From: an uncultured Candidatus Rokubacteria bacterium
GTDB lineage: Bacteria; Methylomirabilota; Methylomirabilia; Rokubacteriales; CSP1-6
Direction: 5' to 3'
Assembly: GCA_963762145.1 (NCBI GenBank)
Contig: CAVXJS010000009.1
Span: 1 to 64,000, forward strand
DNA: 64,000 nt
Under the pieces are notes generated by a model. The model saw nothing but the letters and a program-made list of their open reading frames with translations, made no database searches and was not told the origin of the DNA. Both the position numbers and the translations under genes were made by a program. This document shows, one piece after another, positions 60,236 to 64,000 of this stretch (positions are counted from its first letter, which is position 1; each line of letters starts with the position of its first letter).

Positions 60236-61138
60236 ATGAATGCGCTGACCCCGACGGTCCTCGATACCGATCCCGGCATCGACGATGCCCTGGCGTTGCT
60301 GCTCGCCTGGGGCTCGCCCGAGCTCGACGTCCTGGCGCTGACGGTGGTCGCGGGCAACGTGGCGCTCGCCGACACGGCGCGCAACGCCGCCCGCCTGGTC
60401 GCGATGCGCCGGCCGGCTCGCCTGCCCCAGATCGCTCTGGGCGCCGCGGCCCCGCTGCGCAGGGCGTTGGTGACCGGCACCGAGCATGGCGCCGACGGCC
60501 TCGGCGATGCGGCGGACTGGCCGCCCGTGGCCAGCCTGCCTGCCTCGCCGTCGGCGGCCGAGACGCTCGTAGCCCTGGCCAGGGCCCACACCGAGCGCTT
60601 GACGATCATCGCGCTGGGCCCGCTGACAAACCTGGCGCTCGCTCTCCGCCTCGATGCCGATGCTCTGCGGAGGACCGGCCGGGTGGTCTGGATGGGCGGC
60701 GCGGTGGACGTGCGTGGCAATGCCACCCCGGACGCCGAATTCAATGCCTTTGCCGATCCGGACGCCACGCGGGAGGTCTTCGACGCCGGCCTGCGGGTCG
60801 ACCTCGTGCCGCTGGACGCCACGCGCCAGACCATGATCAACCGGGACCAGCTCCACGCCGCGCTGGCCGGCCGCCCCGGCCCGCTCGCCGCCCGCATCGC
60901 GGCGTTCACGGAGCAAACGTTCCGTATCTGGGGTTACATGCACCTGCACGACCCGTTGGCGGTGGGTCTTGCCGTCGACGCGAGCCTGGCGCGATGGCAG
61001 CCGGCGCGGATCACCGTGGGCGAGGACGGCGAGACCCGGCGCGCGGACGGCGCTCCGAACTGCCGCGTGGCACAGGTCGTTGACGCGGAACGCTTCCTCC
61101 AGCTGTTTCTCGACCGGCTCTGCCCCGCATCCTCCTAG
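60236..61138 (+). CDS. Inosine-uridine preferring nucleoside hydrolase family
   Basis: DTDPGIDDA, HGADGLG, LGPLTNLA, MGG, AEFN..ADP, LHDP. Confidence 0.92.
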   Translation: MNALTPTVLDTDPGIDDALALLLAWGSPELDVLALTVVAGNVALADTARNAARLVAMRRPARLPQIALGAAAPLRRALVTGTEHGADGLGDAADWPPVASLPASPSAAETLVALARAHTERLTIIALGPLTNLALALRLDADALRRTGRVVWMGGAVDVRGNATPDAEFNAFADPDATREVFDAGLRVDLVPLDATRQTMINRDQLHAALAGRPGPLAARIAAFTEQTFRIWGYMHLHDPLAVGLAVDASLARWQPARITVGEDGETRRADGAPNCRVAQVVDAERFLQLFLDRLCPASS

Positions 61139-61148
61139 TCGGCTCCGC

Positions 61149-61793
61149 CTACGTCGACTTGCTCTCCATGTGGCGCGCCCCCTCCTTGGCCGCTTCCTCG
61201 GGGGTCTTCCCCTGCTGGCGCGCAACCATGTAGGCGGCGTACCAATCCGCCCAGTGGTGCTTCGGGGCGGTGGCTTCGTACTGTCCGTGGCCCTGCTCGG
61301 TTTCGCGCAGGAGATCGGTCAGCGTCGCGACGTCGAAGCTGCTCAGCCCGCGCCCAGGAAGCCGGGTGGTGACCTCCTGCACCATCCAGCCGTTGCCGTC
61401 GGGATCGCTGAACGAGATCCACGAGCTGTAGGAGCGCCGCTCCGGGTCCGGGCCCGGCAAGCGTCCCTCAGTCCCGGTGACACGGAGAGTGCCGTCAAAA
61501 TGGAAGACCTCGCTCGGGTCGGCGCCGTGCGCCGCGAGCTCGGCGCGCGCGGCCTGGATGTCGTCGACGATGAGGAGCGTTCCTTGAACCGAGCCCGGCG
61601 CGGCGGTCGTGAGGCCCTTCCCGATGAAGATGGAGCACGGTGAGCCTGGGGGCGTCAGCTGCACGACACGCCAATCGCCCTTGGCAAAATCCGCGTCGAC
61701 CCGCCACCCCAGGCCCTCGTAGAAGCGTTTGGCGCGATCGACATCGGACACCGGGATCGTGACGACCTCGAGCTTCGTTTCGACCCTGCTCAT
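61149..61793 (-). CDS. VOC/glyoxalase protein with a C-terminal helical domain
   Basis: IPVSDVDRAKRFY, QLTPPGS, FSDPDGNGW; C-terminal HGQYE...WADWYAAYM. Confidence 0.88.
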   Translation of the reverse strand: MSRVETKLEVVTIPVSDVDRAKRFYEGLGWRVDADFAKGDWRVVQLTPPGSPCSIFIGKGLTTAAPGSVQGTLLIVDDIQAARAELAAHGADPSEVFHFDGTLRVTGTEGRLPGPDPERRSYSSWISFSDPDGNGWMVQEVTTRLPGRGLSSFDVATLTDLLRETEQGHGQYEATAPKHHWADWYAAYMVARQQGKTPEEAAKEGARHMESKST

Positions 61794-61993
61794 CGTGACC
61801 TCTCCTTATTTTGGCGTTCATGCGACCTTCGCGTCGCACCGCACGCAGCCTAAACTTTCGCGTGCGTCCCCGCAAGACCGCTCACGATCCTGATCGTGGG
61901 CGTCGCGCTGACCACCTAGCGCGCATCTTGGGCTGACCAAACGTGACGGCCGGTGCTGCAGCGGCCGATCAGGTGATCGAGTAAGCTAGCGCC

Positions 61994-62392
61994 ATGGCCA
62001 TGAAGGTGCTGGTGGTCGAGGACAACGACGATGTCCGGGCGATAGTGGGCGCGGTCCTACGCATGGACCCAGGGATCACCCTGTTTGAAGCCGCTAATGG
62101 CAGCGACGCTGTCGACATCGCAGGCCGCGAGCGGCCTCAAGTCGTGGTCACGGACATCATGATGCCGGAGATGGACGGCCTCGAAGCGACGAAACGCATC
62201 AAGCTCGCTTGGCCAGAAACAAAGGTGATCGTGGTGACCGCGTTCACCCAGGGCGCGTACCGGGCAGCGGCATCGGAGAGGGGAGCAGATGCGTTTGTTG
62301 ACAAGGTGGACGTGGGTAGAGTGCTGCTCCCGCTAATCCACGCACTTACCGGGACTGCCTCCCCGCCTCCGCATACCGGACATAGTCAATGA
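61994..62392 (+). CDS. Stand-alone receiver domain (NarL-like REC)
   Basis: LVVED, TDIMMPEMDG, VVTA, FVDK. Confidence 0.9.
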   Translation: MAMKVLVVEDNDDVRAIVGAVLRMDPGITLFEAANGSDAVDIAGRERPQVVVTDIMMPEMDGLEATKRIKLAWPETKVIVVTAFTQGAYRAAASERGADAFVDKVDVGRVLLPLIHALTGTASPPPHTGHSQ

Positions 62393-62403
62393 ACGTCAGG
62401 AAG

Positions 62404-62726
62404 CTAATTTGCCCGCTCGTGGATGCACGCGAGATACGTCTGCCGATAGACTGGCTCCTCACCAATGGGTGCAATCCCAAGCTGGGAAGGGGACGTACCC
62501 GACTGGGTACTGTCGGTCACCCGCCCACCGGTCGGGCTGCTCCCCGGCTGAGGAGGCGACGGAGGCGTGGTTCCGGCGCCTGGCTTTACCGGGCCGCCTT
62601 GCTAACTTGTGCCGACTTCTGGTCGCAGAAGTCCATATCCGCCCTGGTAGGCTGGGCTGCCAGAGCAGCACCTGTTATGGTTCCAACTGCGAGAGTCCCG
62701 GTCCCAACGAATCGCCAAAGCCTCAT
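62404..62726 (-). CDS. Small secreted Pro/Gly-rich protein with a Cys pair, frameshifted near 62591 (not in ORF track)
   Basis: GAGGAG RBS; MRLWRFVGTGTLAVGTITGAALAAQPTRADMDFC..., then shifted frame ...VYRQTYLACIHERAN*; restoring one C in a C-run joins the frames. Confidence 0.6.
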
Positions 62727-62764
62727 GGCTTGCACTCCTCTCGACTCGAACGTTCAAAGATGAG

Positions 62765-62780
62765 CGCATATTCCGTTCCA
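62765..62780 (-). promoter_or_regulatory. Possible sigma54 promoter
   Basis: Minus strand TGGAACGGAATATGCG. Confidence 0.45.
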
Positions 62781-62905
62781 ATCGAGAAGCTCGCCCTGAC
62801 GGGCTCTTTTCGGGCTTCTGACCGACTGAGAGGTAAGCCTTACGTAGAAAGAATGGGGCGGGAGATATCAATTCCCCGGAGCCCCCTTCGGGCTCTAGGC
62901 TGACG

Positions 62906-63199
62906 CTACCAGGCGCGGGGTGGCCCCGTCGTGCTCCTTCTTCGCGGTGGCGGTTGCCTCAGAGCCGCAGATTCCTCGCGCCAGAGCGTGTAGCAATCAG
63001 GATGCGCCAGACCGAAGACGCCCGGGCCTTCGACTTCCCGCTCTAACGTGGGCGAGTCTATCGGTTGGTTGCAGACGTGGCATGGTCGGCCAGTCCCGCG
63101 ACGTATCGAGGAGATGCCAGTCGCGAGGAACAGGGCGTGGGTAGACAGCTGGGCACGGACCAGACTCCTCAGCTCTTCGCGGAGCGCTAGAGCTATCAT
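62906..63199 (-). CDS. Small CxxC...HxxC family copy 7
   Basis: LRSLVRAQL...RRGTGRPCHVC...AHPDCYTLWREE; most similar to copy 1. Confidence 0.82.
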   Translation of the reverse strand: MIALALREELRSLVRAQLSTHALFLATGISSIRRGTGRPCHVCNQPIDSPTLEREVEGPGVFGLAHPDCYTLWREESAALRQPPPRRRSTTGPPRAW

Positions 63200-63360
63200 G
63201 ACTGTCCCGCCTTACCCCTCTCGAACTCCCACGCCGCGAAGCACCGAATGTGGACGTGGAACTTGTCGAGGCCGGGATTGCTGCCGTCGTGGCTACCAGG
63301 GAGCTTACCGTTCTGGATGGCATCTTTGGCTTGCTCGCGTAGACGTGCTTCGTCCGGCAC
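63196..63360 (-). CDS. Small CxxC...HxxC family copy 8, internally deleted (54 aa; not in ORF track)
   Basis: GGGAG RBS + GTG; MPDEARLREQAKDAIQNGKLPGSHDGSNPGLDKFHVHIRCFAAWEFERGKAGQS; its stop overlaps the copy 7 start. Confidence 0.75.
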   Translation of the reverse strand: MPDEARLREQAKDAIQNGKLPGSHDGSNPGLDKFHVHIRCFAAWEFERGKAGQS

Positions 63361-63686
63361 GGCTGGCTCCCTCTCGGCGCTGAACAGGTCGTAGCGGAGC
63401 CAGATCCACGCGGGTGGGACGTCACGGTGCGTCTACCAGCAACCCTATGGAAGGCATCTGAAGCGTACCACCAACCGAAGAGGACTGTTCAGGGCGAGCG
63501 AGAGCGCGTCAACGAGCGTGAAGTCACGGCCGCCCGGTCGCGCGTGGGACGTCAGCGCCCGAGCCCCGTCCGCGACGGACGGCGCGCTCGATGTTCATGC
63601 GGGTCAGACCGAGATCCGCGATCATGCCAAGGCTACCTGGCTTGAGCGTCAACTCGGCGAGAACGCCGCTCTCATTGATCGGCGCG

Positions 63687-64000
63687 TTAGTGATTGACCC
63701 TCGTGATCTTCGAGCCCTGGATTCCGACCCCCGCCATGAGTCCCTTCTGGTCGAAGACAAAAGCGTAGACGTCGCTTTGGACCGTAGTCGTCGTGAGATT
63801 CCTGGCGACACCGACGTCGACGACGACGATGCTCGGGCCGACGCCAAGCTCCCAGCCGCCGCTCGTGTCCAGATACTGGACGGCCGGTTCGGCATTAGGA
63901 ACATCGCATAGCCGAACGTCTGCACGCCCGCCTGGAAACCGTACGAGCCGGCGACGCTCCGGTAGTTGGCGACCCTTCGGTCGCCCCGGAACAGCGTGCC
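63687..64000 (-). CDS. Ysc84/SYLF lipid-binding domain protein, C-terminal part (frameshift near 63893)
   Basis: GSYGFQAGVQTFGYAMFLM, then shifted frame GWELGVGPSIVVVD...VYAFVFDQKGLMAGVGIQGSKIT. Confidence 0.8.
   Translation of the reverse strand, partial: HAVPGRPKGRQLPERRRLVRFPGGRADVRLCDVPNAEPAVQYLDTSGGWELGVGPSIVVVDVGVARNLTTTTVQSDVYAFVFDQKGLMAGVGIQGSKITRVNH

Noticed and set aside
63524-63660. DUF1127-like fragment (MIADLGLTRMNIERAVRRGR)
   Set aside because: The resemblance is short and weak, with no clear start or RBS.
40000-64000. Prophage or integrative element
   Set aside because: The region looks accessory, but I found no integrase, phage, conjugation or tRNA/att features.

Overview
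GC-rich bacterial window. The style of the ABC_sub_bind protein and the GAF kinase N-terminus suggests Ca. Rokubacteria/Methylomirabilota (inference only). Bases 1-40 kb are mostly ordinary catabolic and transport genes: an HpaB-family tail, enoyl-CoA hydratase, a mandelate racemase-family enzyme, a molybdopterin oxidoreductase, a liv-type ABC system with an acyl-CoA ligase, DinB, pirin, a Ddn-family protein, SDRs, an M20 peptidase, TRAP SBP, opgC with two SGNH proteins, a MetE-like protein and a hybrid kinase. Bases 40-64 kb are an accessory, signalling-rich region of small ORFs and decayed genes. The main finding is an uncharacterised family of ~55-95 aa CxxC...HxxC...W proteins. There are 8 copies, all on the minus strand, and four of them alternate strictly with three stand-alone receiver-domain proteins. 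Also notable: about 11 correctly placed sigma54 (-24/-12) promoter motifs, a secreted protein with 18 tandem QDIQSPR[S/G] octapeptides, a zinc-ribbon/ECF sigma2/ChrR-cupin fusion lacking sigma4, and a parS-like palindrome inside a DUF222-HNH gene. Several single-base frameshifts look like sequencing errors. I recognised no rRNA, tRNA, CRISPR array, integrase or transposase.
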